DNA of 64,000 bases from Camelus dromedarius (lineage: Eukaryota): contig NC_087436.1 of assembly GCF_036321535.1 (NCBI RefSeq), positions 56,670,001 to 56,734,000 of the forward strand, given 5' to 3'. Positions 1 through 15,600 of this stretch are shown piece after piece. Under the pieces are notes generated by a model. That model searched no databases and was not told the origin of the DNA. It was given only the letters and a program-made list of their open reading frames with translations. Position numbers and translations under genes: made by a program. How positions within the stretch are numbered: position 1 is the first letter of the stretch; every line of letters begins with the position of its first letter.

Positions 1-3000
1 CTTCTGGGAAAATTCCTATTATCTTTAAGTCTGTCTGTAATGAGATGAAAGAGAAACCAAGAGATGTGTCTACATAACATCCCTTATTTTCATTCATTTA
101 GTCCTGATCCTTACTCAACCGAAAACTTCAAAAACATTTTTAAAAACCTCTTCTCAAAGGTTTCAATTACTTCCTATTTGTATGTAATCTGAGAAAGGCT
201 CAGAATACGGTTATATTCAGAAAGACGCTGGTGCCACAAACATGTCAGAAATCTGCGATTTTCCCCAATACTGTTGAATAGAAGAGAGTCAAACCTACTG
301 CTGCAGCATGAATTCACCTAACTACTACTAACCACATGGCATGTCTGCAGAACAGGAGACACTGTTGAAAGTTCATGTAAAACTGGCCTGACAATTTATT
401 GGCCATCCCCAAATATGCAAAGTCATACCATCAGTTTTACAAATGCACTATGAATCGATCAAACATAAAATCCAGACAGCAAAATCTGAGGCTGAACATT
501 TTACAGTTCTGCTTGTTGTCATCTAACTCCCCAAATGTTTGAGTGTACTCAGAGGTGGCATCGTTTTTCACTTTTTAAAAATGTTAATCCGGACCCAAAT
601 TATTTTTTAATGTTTCAGTAAGAGGTTGTCTATATAACCTTCCATAGGAAATTAGTTACACCGTATTTTCCCCCTTTTAGTGACTACCTGAATAATGCCA
701 TTGCTTTCAGACAGTAATTTTCTAAAAGGTAAAAGGAGAACCCATTTAAGTTGCTTTGGATAGTTTTCAGTTAAATTGTATGGAAATATGGTTGTTTAGG
801 GAACATCATTTTTAAAAGATAGTTTTATTTTACTGGATATGCTTCCATAATCAATTCTGCCTCAAAATTCATATGTAACTATGTAAAAGTTACATTTTTA
901 CAGTAACATCTCAGTTAACCTAAAGTCATATTTAATGAGAAAATTCAACTCTCCAGCCTAACCAAGACTGAAAAGCAAATTAAACAAAGCCACTGACTAG
1001 TTAACTGAAATGCCAGATGATAAATACAATGAGATTTAGATAATTGACTAATAGTAGAACCACTTGGCTTCAGATTCAAGTCCTTATTTTATCCTATTTT
1101 GGACCAATTCTCATTTTTCAAGTAATCAAAGCAATACAAATAGCTAACGGGGTATGTGCGTGTGATGTGTGTGTTGTGTTAGGAAAAAGCGATGAGAAAA
1201 AAAGGAGGAGGAGAGACGGGGTGCTGGCATGGGCCCACTAGTGACAGAAATACTGTAGCCATCAAATAAATAACAAAAATCAGAGGCCAAAACAGACAGA
1301 ACAATTCAGTCCTGAGAACACTTACAGTAGGGACAAAGAGCCCATTTATATCAGAAGTACTTACGAAAGCAGAGTTTTTTAGAGTGTGTCTATAATAATT
1401 GAGTAATCAGAAAAGATTAAATTATGTTCAATATAACCTATTTTATGAGGCAAGGAAAAAGCACATTATTTTTAGAGTTGCCTATCAATAATAACTAAAT
1501 ATTTTCATGATCAAGGATGTAAAACTTAATCATCTGAAAAACTCTCTTAATTTGAATAATCCACAATTTAAATATGCCAGACAGATAGGGAATTGCTCAA
1601 TTTAGTAATACATCTTTTCAAAATACACTATAAATCCAACAGTGCCAAGTGATGGAAAAGCTACACCACTGATAAAAGGAAGAAAGAATAGTTTGAAAAT
1701 ATCCAGTAAAGATGGGGGTTATGAAATAAAAGAACTATTCATTTCAGAAAACAGCCAGGGCAAGGGCGGGGGTATGGGGGATTGGCAGAGGGTGGGGAGC
1801 CTCTTCTGGCTGATTTTGGTTAGCTCTTCCTAAGGCATTTACTTTGGGATAAACTACATTTAGAATATAAAACCGGTGGCCAACAGGAAAGGAAGACGCA
1901 GAACTAAGTCCATTCTCTTCCCATTTATCTGACTGCATATCATTTCATATTTCAAGTAAATAAAAAAATAGACAACAAGTATTTTTGCAAGTGATTAGAA
2001 GACTCAAAAGTTTCATGACAATATTTTGAAATTTAACGTGAGCATAATTGAGACAAAACTTCCCCTTAGTCATTTAAATAGTTTACAAAAACTTTTCAGC
2101 TCTGAGATCACAAAGTTAAAACACTAGTGAAAGAACATGAAGCAGTGACCATTTCTAAACTTCATGGACATAAAAATCTTAGCTCTCGCCCAAATAAGAT
2201 CATCATGGTAATACTGAGTAATAAAATGACATACTTGGTAAAGTGGATAACTTCACAATATAACTATCAAAAGTTATTAAAGACAGTACAAGAGTGTAAA
2301 TCAAGGAAGACGACATGGAATTTCTACAAAAGAGATGCCACAGCCTACAAAGAGCCATTCATTGTGACTAAGCAAGAAGATACTAAAGATAATGAGATAT
2401 TAAAGATAAGAAGAGGTTAAAAAAAAACTAAAAGATAACCTTTCCTTTTTGTTTAAAAGTTATCTTGATTAAACCTAAAACTGCTCTAAAACAATAAAGT
2501 CTATCGTTTTGTTTTAAAGCTCACAAGATAAAAGAAATTACTCCTACTTCAACAAGTTCTAGGAAGATGCAGTGAGAACTCTCTCAGCGTGGACAATGGA
2601 AAGCACAGGGTGAACCCCCGAGGCCAAGCTCCTACCTGACAAACAGCTCTGCAGAAAGACCCAGGCCAGGGCTGAGTGCGCACAGGAAAGGGCTACGGGA
2701 GTGAGAGCGGAACCTCAGCATTCAGAAGTCATAAACCTCTCAGCTGGTCTCCCTGCCTCCCAAATCCCGATACCCGACCCAGCAACCCACCCCAGACACG
2801 CAATAAAGTTACCTTACTAAACCTTGTATCTGATGTTAGTCTACTACATTGTAACAGTAATAACTCGTACTGGTTCTCCATAGCATCTATCAAATATTTC
2901 ATACATTTTATATATGATGTACTGTACTGAGATAAAATATACATGTATAATAGAAATGTATAAAGAATGACACTATTTTAGGTATTAATACAAGTTTTAC

Positions 3001-3289
3001 ACCGCAATGAGCAAGCACACCATCTTGGAGTTTAAATTTTTAAGATCAGGCCTTTATCTGCCACTCAGATCTCATCTTTTCCAGTTATCCTATGATCTCA
3101 ACTTACCAAACTATTTCAGTTCCTCAACCACAGGCTACCTTTTCCAATCCTAATAATGCCACAGGGATTACTGTTCTCTACTTGGGACACACTATCTCTC
3201 CTCCTGCCTCAGGTTACCTGTTAAATTACGTTCATCCTTCACAACACAGAAAGGCTGATGAGACCACTCCATCTTAGAATGCTCTGTTG

Positions 3290-5190
3290 AAGGAAAGAAA
3301 GATAAGCAATTGTTCGTCTGCTTCCCATCTCTCATTAGGCAGAGTTTGCCACCCCAGGGTGTTCTCTCCTTCGCACTTAAGGCTGTGCTTCCTGGCCCCT
3401 CTGGGCAGCTTCCTAGAAAGCTGCAGCCTCTCCATTCAGATGGTACCTCGCACAGGAGCTACAGACACTCACATCCCAGTGCGAGGGATGGAGGGGCAGA
3501 AGCTGGGTCCTCATCTCCTCGGAGGAATCTGAGACAGAAGCGATCAGGACGAGGTGACGGCAGAGGCAAGGCACCTCAGTTAAGACCGGAGACTTGCCAG
3601 GGCTGCTCTGAAGCAGCAGAGCAGGCTGCTGAGACATGGGCAGTAGAACCCAGAAGCCCTGAGAAGCACACAAACCAGACTTACGGCAACCCTCTCCTTG
3701 TGCCACTCAGGTGACTTATATGCTCTCAAGATATGCAGATCTCGTATGAAAAGAAGGCTACCCTGACATCTTCTCCAAGAGAAGAGGTACAAGTCCAGTT
3801 CATGGTAGTAATGCAGTTGCCAAAAAGTTAGTAAAGGAAGCTCCCGACTTTGCTGTTTGCAGCTGGTTTTATAAATTTATATCTATCATCCACTCTTCCA
3901 CCTCCCACTTTAGATTCCCTTCACCCTTGACCAGTGCTCTGGGTAATCTGGGGTTCTGCCTTATGAGATGACCCAGACATTTATTCCCAAGGAGCTTGGA
4001 CCTCTAATTGCCTTGCCTCTGTCAGGCTATGGTTGTTTAAATTGTCCAACTGCAGTTACCACAAGGCAGGGAAACACCAGAAGGCAGCCCAGTGAATCCC
4101 TTAAGCCAGAGATAATGCTCCCTGTATCCACTGTGCAGTAATACCCTTAGCTTCTCCCAGTGTTCAGGGTTGACTGGTCTAGCTGACACTTCTTTTATGC
4201 CCGCTGGTGCACTGTCATAAGCCCAAAATGAACAGGTGGTATTCACAGCTCCCAGTCAATGGAATTCTTACTGTGTCCTGTCCTCAACAGTGTTCTTCAT
4301 CCCACCGTCCAGGAATCAGGAACTCTAAACCAGCAGAGGCTAAAACTGCAGGGACAGAAAGCACAAACTTGCAAGTAGGTCATGGAAACTGATCGTAAAA
4401 GTTAAGTCTAACTTCCACCCCTTCATTTTCAGATTCTTTTAATCTGTTATCAAGTCAGCAGTATCTACCAGCTATTGAATCAGCACCATATATAGTGCAT
4501 CCAACACCAGAGTTATCCACAAGCTGCTGCCTTCACTGAACCTTTCCTCCATTCCACAGACCATCCCACCCCTTCTTATCCAGATGCTTCTGGGAGCTGG
4601 GGAACACAGTAAGACCCATGAATCCTGTGATCATGGGCTCACGCATAAGACAGGCCTCTTAGTCCAGGGGACTGTTAGATGGGGTACCATATTGATTATG
4701 TTAGTCATCCCGTCGGAGGGCTGAACACTCAGATGGTGATTCCAGCAGGGTTCTGCAGGCAGCGGAATAAAAATCTCTCTATCTGGTATACATATCAATT
4801 TCGATAAGGACAATTTGCTACCTCCTCCTAGTTCAAAAGTGCCCAAGGTGTACAAGATAACCCAACTGCCACCAGAGACAGGCTAGACAGTGCCCTACGA
4901 AGGGCTCCGTGTCTTTGTCTGCTTATTTGCAGGTTGGACACTCGGCAGAAGGTTCAGCGATGCGTTCCTTGTTGTCTTGGTGAAGGGAACGTCCTAAGGA
5001 ACAGAACTGGTGGGTTCTCAAGTCTTACAAAGCAAATTCTTTCTAATATTCCTGCCCACTAAGACTTGTGACTGCTTTCTCAACATACCAAAGAAATTGA
5101 CATTTTCACATGTCCTAGCCAGATCGTTTACTCCCAAGTCACAGTTAAGTACCCACATGATAATGTTTACCAGACAGCCCCTTATATCCC
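3290..5190 (-). mobile_element. ERVL/MaLR-type LTR plus internal sequence (decayed)
   Basis: GC-elevated block resembling ERVL/MLT internal sequence; no intact ORF. Confidence 0.55.
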
Positions 5191-5194
5191 ATGT

Positions 5195-6000
5195 CCTAAT
5201 ATCTTTTAATATGACTTTTTTCTCTTCCTAATTTTCATATTTCTATGCGGTCTTCTCTTTTTTTGCTTAGAGAAGTCCCTTTAACACTTCTTCTAAAGTT
5301 AGTTTAGTGGTGCTGAACTCTTTTAGCTTTTTCTTATCTATAAAAACTCTTGATCTCTCCCTCAAATCTGAATGATAACCTTGCCAGGTAGAGTGTACTT
5401 TGTTGTAAGTTTTTTTCCTTTCATGGCTTTGAATATACCATGCCACTTTCTTCTGCTTGCAGTTTCTACTGAGAAGTCAGCTGATAGTCTTATGGGCATT
5501 CACTTGCACATAACTAGTTGCTTCTCTTGCTGCTTTTGAGATCCTCTCTTTAATTTCTGGTATTTTAATTGTAGTGTTTTTGGTGTGTTCTTCTTTGGGT
5601 TCGTCTTGTTTAGGACTCTGTACCTCCTGGACCTGAGTTTCTGTTTTCTTCCTCAGGTTAGGGAATTTTTCAGCTATTATTTCTTCAAATAGGTTCTCTG
5701 CCTGCTTCTCTGTCTCTTCTCATTCTCTTTTTTTCTGTTAAGCCTGGGTGATTTCCACTAGTTTGCCTTTCAGATCACTGATCCATTTCTCTGTATGATC
5801 CTCTGTATAATATATTTTTTATTTCAGTTATTGTGTTCTTCAGCTCTGTTTGGTTTTCCTTTACATTTTCTAACTCTGAAATTCTTGCTGTGTTCATCCA
5901 TTCGTCTCCTGCATTCATTGAGCATCTTTATGATCATTACCTAGAACTCATTATTGGATCAATTGCTTACCTTCACTTCATTTATTTCTTCTTCACTTTG
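5195..6000 (-). mobile_element. LINE-1 fragment (ORF1 region), antisense
   Basis: T-rich, with typical antisense L1 motifs (gagaagtcagctgatagtcttatggg, ttttcagctattatttcttcaaat). Confidence 0.85.
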
Positions 6001-9000
6001 GTCTTTTTCTGAGCTTTACAGAAATTTAATGAATATATTTGGAATATTTATTAACATACCTAAGAAAATGAGTAAGATTAAATAGATATCATGCTAGTAG
6101 GATTATAAATTAGAATGATTTAACTGGAAAGCAATTTGGCATCATATATACAAGGCTTCACAAAAATATTTAAAGATCTAATCATAAAGGTGTTCACTGA
6201 AGCATTTATAATGAAAAATAGTAAAAATATTTTTAAATATTTCCAGTCACTAATTAAAATATTTTGAGGCATATTTAATGATGAGAAAATATTCATAATT
6301 TGAAGTGAAAATAAGTCAGGATGGCAACTTCAGTGTTTTTTAGTCTAAAAACGTGAGAGGGAAATATATCAAAATGATAACAAATAACAGACTCCAAGTA
6401 GTGCAGTTTCCTTTTTGCCCTCCTCCTGTTTTACAAAGTTTTCATCAAACATGTATTAATTTAATAATTAGTATTTGCAGAACTAAGACATAGTAATAGA
6501 GTAAATGAATGAATTCTGAACTTTAGGATATCACAAGCTGTGTTTTCTACTATTTTAGTGAGTGTGGTTTAAAAATTTTAATTTAAATTCTGACTTTTTT
6601 TCTCTAGAAAGCATAAAGATTTGAATGAAATATATCAATTCCTTTCCAGAACTAAGAGTAAAACATATCATATAACCAATTAAAATAAATTTGCTGAATA
6701 ATTTTCTAATGTCATTGAGGCAAAGAGAAAAAATAGGACACTTTGACTTATTGCTAAGTGAGCAAAATAACGCTAAGTTTATCTAGCATTAGCCTTCACT
6801 TCATAAAGAAAAAAAGAGATGGAAGGAGGAGGCTGGCTTAGGAGTCTCTGATGCATCATTGTAGAAATCTGCTTCTAACACACAAAGAGGGGTCTTGTTT
6901 TATTGTTCTTTGAAAAAATATTTCCAAACATTTCCCCACTTTTCTTTTGTCTAGATATTATACAGATTATGAACATGATTTTTTAAAATAAACTTAACAT
7001 CTCAAAAAAAGTTTTAATAGAGAATGAGACAGAAACAAAAGTTTCAAAAGAACTTTCAGACTTTCAGAAAAAAGCTATTAATTTCTAACTGTAGTAATAA
7101 TATTTGAAACAGATGTCTATCTACTTTCAAATCCAAACTGGATCATGGTTTACACAGTTTAATAAAACTTTAATTAAGGTTCTGCAATAGTGTAAACTGA
7201 TCATGTCATGCAACTAAACACTTGCTTAATACTAACATCTCTTCAAGCTCCACTGGTGCTAAACTTAACCAGGCTTTTCATAACTCATCCAAGGGAAAAT
7301 GCCATTGAAATTAATGAAAACATACAATTTATCCTCTTATTTCATTATATGGACTTTTTTTTTTTTAAGAAGCAAGCATCTGAAATAGAGATGGAAGTAT
7401 CCCAAACTGAATAAAAAGGGAAGGAAATAACTATTTTGAAGAGCTTATTTCTAACAAGGCACTTATATTTTAGTATGAATATCTGACTTAAAACACTTCG
7501 CATTTGGAAATATTCTGTAAGAAAATTGTTTCTCATTAAAATTGATCAATTAACTGTAAATTTTCTTCATTCTGTTTTAGTAGAACAGTCTCACATAGGT
7601 ACCACTTTAAGTGGTACTGGCACTCAGCCTACTTTAAAACATCTAAAATAAAGGGTAAGAGGGAACACTTACTGAATAATTACCATATATCAGGCAGAGT
7701 TCGAGGTACTTCACTTCAACTCCACAACATCCTTCCCGAGTAGTACCCCTACAAGATGATAGCACCAAACGCAAGAGCTGGGATACAAACTCTGATATCT
7801 GCGTCCAGATCCAGGGCAGAGCATCTACACTGGATTTAGTCAAAGCACGGAAGAGAATTTTTTCCCATCTCATGTTCTACAATGTATTTATAAAACAAAT
7901 ACAACAAATTACACAATTTTTTTTAACGTCCTAAGGCTTCTCACATATTCTCAAAGTGAACACTTCCATTAATTACAAGGAAATAAGGATTAAAACCATA
8001 CAAGGTAGGAAAGTAAATCAGTCAACATAGACCACGCATCTTTTGGTGTTACATTCTACGTTGTGACATATGTAGAAAAATATTTAAATAGAAGACAGTT
8101 TTGGGGGCATTCAATACATTTAAAATGGTGAGGATGCTAATTACACTAACACAGGAAACCAATAAATACAAGCATACAGTGCAGAGTATCACTGCATGAC
8201 TTCCATCCTAAGGTGGAAGAGGGTGCAGGCAGAGCAAAGGAAGAAAGAGCCCAGTGAGATGGGATTAACAGAAGCTTTTCCGAAAATGAACTAAAAAAAT
8301 CAGTTTTCCAAAGAAGGGAAAAGTACAAGAATAGTGTCAGTATGAGAAATTCATAAATAAAGTGATACATGTTAGGTATAAAGGTAATCAGATTTTTCTT
8401 CATTTTTCAATCCAACTTCCAAGAAAAGAGTCCATATGAAGGGGACTTGCCTTACTTTGTTTCACATTGTTCCTCAGTTTTGATTCAGGATGTTTTAGTA
8501 TCATGAACTTTCATACAATCACCATGGACAAGAACATTTTCAGCATTACTTTACAACTTCAATGTCTTCCTTATATTGTTTCCCTTATCTCATAAGAGCA
8601 AACAGTCCACGTAATACAAACAACTCTATAGTTTTCAGTGGAGGATTCCTGCTTTGTATCAACAGCAAATGCTCCAGGATGATTTTTTATTCCAGGGGCT
8701 TTAAAAATTTGTTTTCTCAATTTTATTTTACTCAGCTTGGTAAGTATAATTTTCCTCTTAGCATAGATTCTTTCAATACCTACTGACATACCATAGGGGA
8801 AGGCTGCAAAGAAGCACACTGGGATTACAAATTTGTTATAGATAATCTAGAAAGTACCACTGAAACCTTCACACATAAAAAAATAAGAGTTGACTGTTGT
8901 TTGAAAATAGTTCTTAAAAGGAAATTACTAATCAACTTGAAAATAATGATACATCAAGTTGCCTAAACATTTTAAAGGGATCTGAGTATTAAACCAATCC

Positions 9001-11979
9001 TTGAACAATTTGAAGAATATTTTACAAAAAAATAGAATAGGTTATTAACTTCTCATAGAGAGAACCAGGTTAACTGCACAACATTTAAACCTAGTTCAGC
9101 CTTTGCTTTTATACTAAAAAGGGTTTTAAAAGAGAATAATTAGTATGGGGCATCACAGAAACAAAGGTAATCAATAAGGCACACAGAAATCATCTTAGTA
9201 ATTAGTGAAAAGTTACCACAAAATTGAATTTATCATATTGCTGGCATGCTCTGCATACTTTATTTCTAGTAAAATTAGCCACTAGAACCCGACAGTCAAA
9301 CGTGAAACTGAATCTGATTTCTGAACAAAACCTTTTTCAACAACTGCCATAAAGTTCTTCAAAAATAATTCGAAGAAAGCAGTACAACAGTACTGACTAC
9401 AGAATTACTTCTTACTAACCAACATTATCTGAAACCCCCAAGTAAAGGGTTTATTTATAAAAGCATATAAAATGGTACCTAGTGTAATTACATAACCTGT
9501 AAGTATCAATATCTCATGTAAAGAATTATAAAATATCAAAGGTGATTAGGTTTGGAAGGTGCTTAATTTGTGAACATTCTTTTGTCTCAGAAATTCCAAA
9601 AACCACCTGAATAAAAAAAAAAAATACAGAGATCAATCTGTTATAGTGCCTTGCTCTAAAGAAACTAATGCCATACTGTAATTATTAACTATAATAAGAT
9701 TTCCCCTTTTTGGGTTACAGAACCACAGCATTTCAAACCAGAAAGACCTTAGAGAGCTTGGCCAATCTTTTACTTAAGTGATCAGTCTCAGGCTCCAAAA
9801 CTAATTATGGCCTTTCCTGTCTCCCAGTTGTGTGCTGTTTTCAACATACTACTTGCCTCCCTCCCCTTGAAATAGAGAGAACAGATGTAAAATGCTAAAA
9901 TAATAAAAATAAATGTATTGAAATGTACTACTCTATCTCATCCATTACTGTGATGAGAAATTGCAAAACAAGAATTATTTGACCTGAGAAATGAGAATAC
10001 AAAGAAGATCTGAATTATATGAGATTACGAAAGTTAAAGTAAAAAATAATCAACTAGTCCTTCCTTATTATATGGTTTCATAATAAGATTATGAAGGGTC
10101 ATTCAATGATTTAAGTGGCAGGTAAAATTAAAACAAATCAAAGGAAGTACCCTTGACATGCATAACAAGCCTCCAGAATACACAAGGTCACAGAACAGAG
10201 GTCGCATCGTTAAATCCAGTAACATGATTTTAAAATAATCTGGATCATTAGTGAAGCAAATATCTGATTATTTATGTTCAACATAAATATAATTTTCCAT
10301 AATGGAAAAATTGTATTTTGGAATATAAGGATTCACGAAGGAAGCTTTCTCTTCATTCCAAATTATACTATAACTTACTGTGTTTTTGTGGTATATATGC
10401 ACATTTGGAAAATCAAATGGTGATTATGAGACTAGTAAAAATGAGCTGATTTTAACAAAATATTTGTAACAATTTTTTAATTTACTATTTTACTTTTAAT
10501 GCCTAAATCCATTTTAAACTCTGCCTTCAACACAGCACTTTGGCTCCATGTAAAATACATGTTTTATCTAGTTATTTTGGAAACTAAAGATTTCTTTAGT
10601 AACTTTGCTTCAGCTAAGCTCCATGATCACAGCCAACAGACCCCATTTCATTTAACCCTGCAAAAAAACAAAGGTATTATGCTTAAAGCAAGGAAGGTTT
10701 TACGATTCTTTGAAAGTCACTGTAGTAATTTCATTTCATGCTAACACATTCGAACTAATAGAGATAAAAATTACAGATAATGATCTAGAGTCCATTTAAA
10801 TATTTTAAAAAGTGATTTAAAAGAGTTAAGACCAAACTCTCCTCAAAGGTTTTTACTGTGTTTTCAGTACATGCCTCTGGTCCCTCCCAACAAATCAACT
10901 TTGGCCAAGCCCCAGAATCCAATGTTTACAATTCGGTATATATTATGGTGCTTCCTACAAAATAATTTTTTTAAGTTTAATCATGTCATTTCAGATAAAT
11001 TGATCAACTTTAAATAATTTTCATCATTTGCATCTCTATATTCTTAGCAAACTACCTGAGCTATTTGATTTCCCAAATTCACTAAAACTTGTCACTACAT
11101 TTAAACCATGTTAATGACTCTCATGTCCCTCTCCCTCACATGCACATACACAAAATATGTGGGTCAAATGGAAGCCAAATTTAGTAAAAAAATGTCTTAA
11201 CTTTGCTCACAGCATGTCTACATGCAATTACCAACTCTTAAAGTTGTCATGCACAGGTCTCTCCCTTCTCTCCAGTCTTTAAAAGCCCTTGGGCCCCCCG
11301 GGCTGAGCGCTACTCATCTTTCTAGCATCAATAACTAACAACATCTGGCTGTAACAGCCCTCCAACACTTACGCACAGATTTAGAATCAGACAGCCCTGT
11401 ATTAGAATCCTGGACTAACATCTGCTGAACCTCACTACGCCTTAAGGTCTTTCATCTGTAAAATGGGGATGACAATTACCATCTTAAACACAATTGGCTT
11501 ATTTATTTTGTAGCTCATTGTCTGGAACATAGGAAAGACTCAAACACGGTAACCTCTTTTTCGCTTGTTTATGTATAATTGCATTTCAACCATCACATTA
11601 ATGCTAAATTTCATCTTTCTCATCCACAGCCTTTCAAATTTCCTCCAATTCAGTGTTGTTATTATTTCTTGGCAATTTGGCAAATTTGTGAGGTCTACAT
11701 ATGCTAAAGTATAAGGTCACCAAAGGATTTAGCAAACAATGGTCAGGGGTGGGTGGCTTTGATTTTTTTCAGGGGTAATCATGTCTTGGCATATTAAAAG
11801 CCATGTGGAGCTTCAAGGGAGAAACCAGTGAATATAATCCATCCAATTTTTTTTTTAAGCCCTTAACAGGCCACAGAGTTATTAAAAAGAACTAAGTCAC
11901 CATAGGATTAGATGAACTTTTAACTAGATATACAAAGATGACACTAAAAAAAAGAGGGGGGGTATTATTTTGGCAAGAA

Positions 11980-12620
11980 AATTATAAATAAAGAAGGTGC
12001 TAGAAGTGGTCTTATTTAACATCTTTATAAATGATGTAGAAGAGGAAACACAGATTAAGTTTTCCAGGTCTGCAAAAGATACTAAGTTTTTCCAGTATGT
12101 GAAATGCCAAGTCAGTGGGATTTCCAAAACTTTTGAGTTTCTAGGAGGAAAACATCAAGTAAGATACAAAGTGGAAAACTACAGGGTTATATACATATGG
12201 GGGAGGAGTATACAGGGACTACACTACTTAGGATAATGGGCCTTAGTTACCATAAAAAGGAGCCTAAAAGTCCCTGTGTTAATGTGTTCCCATAGCCAAC
12301 AAAGCTAATAATGGCACTGACATCACTCAAGAACAAAAAACATGCTTCTCCGTCCTATTTAAAACCACAGTTCATTTTTACTTAAAATACTACATGCAGT
12401 TCTGGTCTAACACAGCCTAGCACTCCAGTATCTGCTGAAGAATGGGGGGAGGGAGGGACTAATTCTAATTTCACCAAGAAAGAAGGAGAAATAAAGATTT
12501 AGAAACTGAGGAAAATCCAAGGAGATAAAAAGCAATGATCAAGTGGACCACAGGACAGCCCTAGGAAGAAAAGTAAGATAGATTAGCATTCCTTCCGTCT
12601 AGAAAGGTGAAGTTTACAAG
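11980..12620 (+). mobile_element. CR1/L3 LINE reverse-transcriptase relic
   Basis: ORF 11997..12236 VLFNIFINDV...FSRSAKDTK matches the CR1 RT motif PVLFNIFINDL...SKFADDTK. Confidence 0.8.
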
Positions 12621-15600
12621 GAAACATAGATGTCAAAACTCACAGACTCTACACAACAATGGAAAGTGTGGACAAGACAGATACAGAGCTAAGGAATTGC
12701 TGCTGTAACTTCAACTAGAACACACGAGCATAAAGCCACGAAGTTAAACACGTTGAAAAATTCTAATCAGTTCCAAAAAGAGAGCAGTGGTTTATATTGA
12801 GGAAAACAAAGATATTTGAAGGATATAATTCTAAATTTTAAAAGAGAAATCACAGAACACTAGTCATAGCCTTCCCTAACATCTCCCCTGATGGCACCAC
12901 TGAAAGACAGAATAAGACTGAATCAACTTGGCACTTCATGAATGTTCTCATCGACTTCTCATTTTGTCTTTCCCATATTCCGTCTGTTTATGCTCTGCAT
13001 TTATTTTTTGATAGTGAATCATTATGATTTTAAACATCTTTCCCCTTAGAGCAAGACTCAATTATCTCTTTGACACATATGGTATCAAGTTCATACATAT
13101 TACAAATGGAATTATTAAATATTTATGCAAGAAAGACATTATTCACAAACTAAAGATGTAAAATATTATTGTTAAACTGCATTATACCTTCCAGGTTTAA
13201 GAGATGAGCCAAAAAGGAATTTACAGTCTCACGGTAAGCCAGGCTGCATGCTAGTAAGTTACAAGAAAAATGTTTAAGAATGCCTAACATCTTTCAAACC
13301 ACAATTATGAATACACAAAATTTCAAATAGGAGCTAGAGAGTGTTTGGTGAAAACATATACAATGCAATTACAGATGTCTGTATATCAAAGAACTGCATG
13401 AAAATGAAAAAGTCTATATCCAAGTAATATCGAGCAATATATTTTACATAATATGTGTTTGTGCCATTTTTAAGTTTTTAGCCATGAGAACCCATTTCTT
13501 TAAATGTTTAAAACATGGGCATTTCATAAAAATACTTCGAGTGAAATTATGTAATAAGTGATTTCTTAACAAAATAGAAATGCGTCTTCTATTCTATTAA
13601 TAATTCTAATAATATTCTATTATTAAAGTATTTTAAGATTACGTCTAGAGAATACTAAGTCATCATTCCAATTACAATAACTTAGTCAAAACTCCAGTCA
13701 GAGGATGGTATAAAGCTAGAAGGACCCTGGAAATACCCTACAGGTTCAGGATCACAGAAATGAGCATGTTTTAATAGAAAAAAAAGTAGTTAGAGCAAAC
13801 AGTGATTTCAAATCAACTGCAAAGGTGAGAACAAGGAAGAAGAAGGGGTGGGGGATTGGGAAGGTGAACACAGACGTGGAGAAAAGAGCTGCAGCTCTAA
13901 CATCAGGATTGCAGCAAATGCCGGCAAAGGTTTTTATAAAAAGCTGAAGATGTTTTCAATATCTTTAAACTGCGAAATAGGAAGTATTCCAGAAATAAAA
14001 ACATTAAGTCATACTCCCTTGTCCGAGCATATGAAATATATCCCCTATGCCGTTGATCACAAAGGATAAATTTTACAGCAAAAAAACCTGAAAATTGAGT
14101 TTTTCTGAGCAATTTTCAAATTCTTCATGGCTGTGTGAAATAACATTACAATATAAGAGAAAATACAGAAAATGTATTGCACAAAATCTGATGTGCCTGA
14201 AGTACAGACTGTTTCAAGGCAATATATTTACAAGAAGTTTTGAATTATCTGCCATTTTTAGAAACACCAGCACGTGCTTTTATTACTAAAAGGTGTCAAA
14301 ACCTAAACTGTACAAAACATTTTTGGGAAGACGTTAATTTATATATGACTGTTTTATCTCAGCCTTAATATACTCTATAGCATGTTAAAATGCTAAAATT
14401 TAGCTAATTTTCAGTTACAGAATTAAGAATTTCTTATACCATCTTTACTTAAGGAGAAAGCATACATTATTCCATAAATATGCATAATTATGGGGTAGGA
14501 AATGCCTAATTTGCCTACAAAAATTGCAAGGGTTTGATGACTGAAGCAAGGAGTGAATCAGGTCCACTGAGAATTACTAAGAAAAACATAATCAAACATA
14601 AATGCCACAGAATACAAAGATCATTTTCCAAATTGGTTCCAGAAACAGCTCCTAGGTAAATTTCCATGAAAAGCTAATTTAATTCAATTAAACAGTGTAG
14701 TATGGTTTTCCTCTTCAGAAAGAATTTAAATTTTTCATTTGTTACAGATGTTAAAGATAAATGTTTTAAAGTGTGATTGATTTAATCTTGAGATAAAGAT
14801 TCAAAACTGTGGAAGTATTTTGAATGGAGAAGGACTTCCTGTGCAGATATATTTTAATTACAACAGCATCCATCATTTATGAAGTACACAGGGTAAAATC
14901 TACAACAATAAGTATTTTTCCAAGTCTTTACATTAGGTACTGATATATAAAGGCAATACTGTCTTTCCCATTCAAAATTATAAAATTATAGAAGATAAAA
15001 ATACTTAGAGGCAATGTTTGTCCTCCATATTAGTTTATTATTATACTCCTACACCTCCAACATACAATGGAGAGAACAAACTTTTTATTTAAAAGTTAAA
15101 TAATAGTTTAATTTATTCTGGAATAATTCAGGCTTCCCTGGATAGCTTTTCCAAGTTAATCTCAACATTATATAAGTTCACTCACAGTCACTCAGGATGA
15201 GTAAGTAATGCCTCCAAAGCAGCCTGGTCATGGATTCTTGTGCGTCCATCTGGCTGCTGGCTGGAACACTGGAATGACTCATAAAAATGAAGCAACCTGA
15301 GGTCACCTACTCCAGGTCTCTTGAACAGAACTGCCAACTGCTTACCAGGTGGTTCCAATTTCCGAGAACACTTAAAATGAGAAACTCATTCTAGATACAC
15401 CATTTTATTTTCATATTGTCTCTGGCCACAGAATTGGGTAAGGAAGGAAGGAAGCTCTTTTGAAATGTAGATGACCAATCATCTGAAGGCCAGAAGTCAC
15501 TGCATGTCTGGGATTGAGAATATTATATAAAGTCAAATGAAAAAGAAAGGCAGGACTCAAAACCATACTAAATTATGCTCCCAATTTTGCAAAGAAAAAA

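Noticed and set aside
3287..3792. Cluster of 70-134 aa ORFs
   Set aside because: They lie within LTR-derived sequence.
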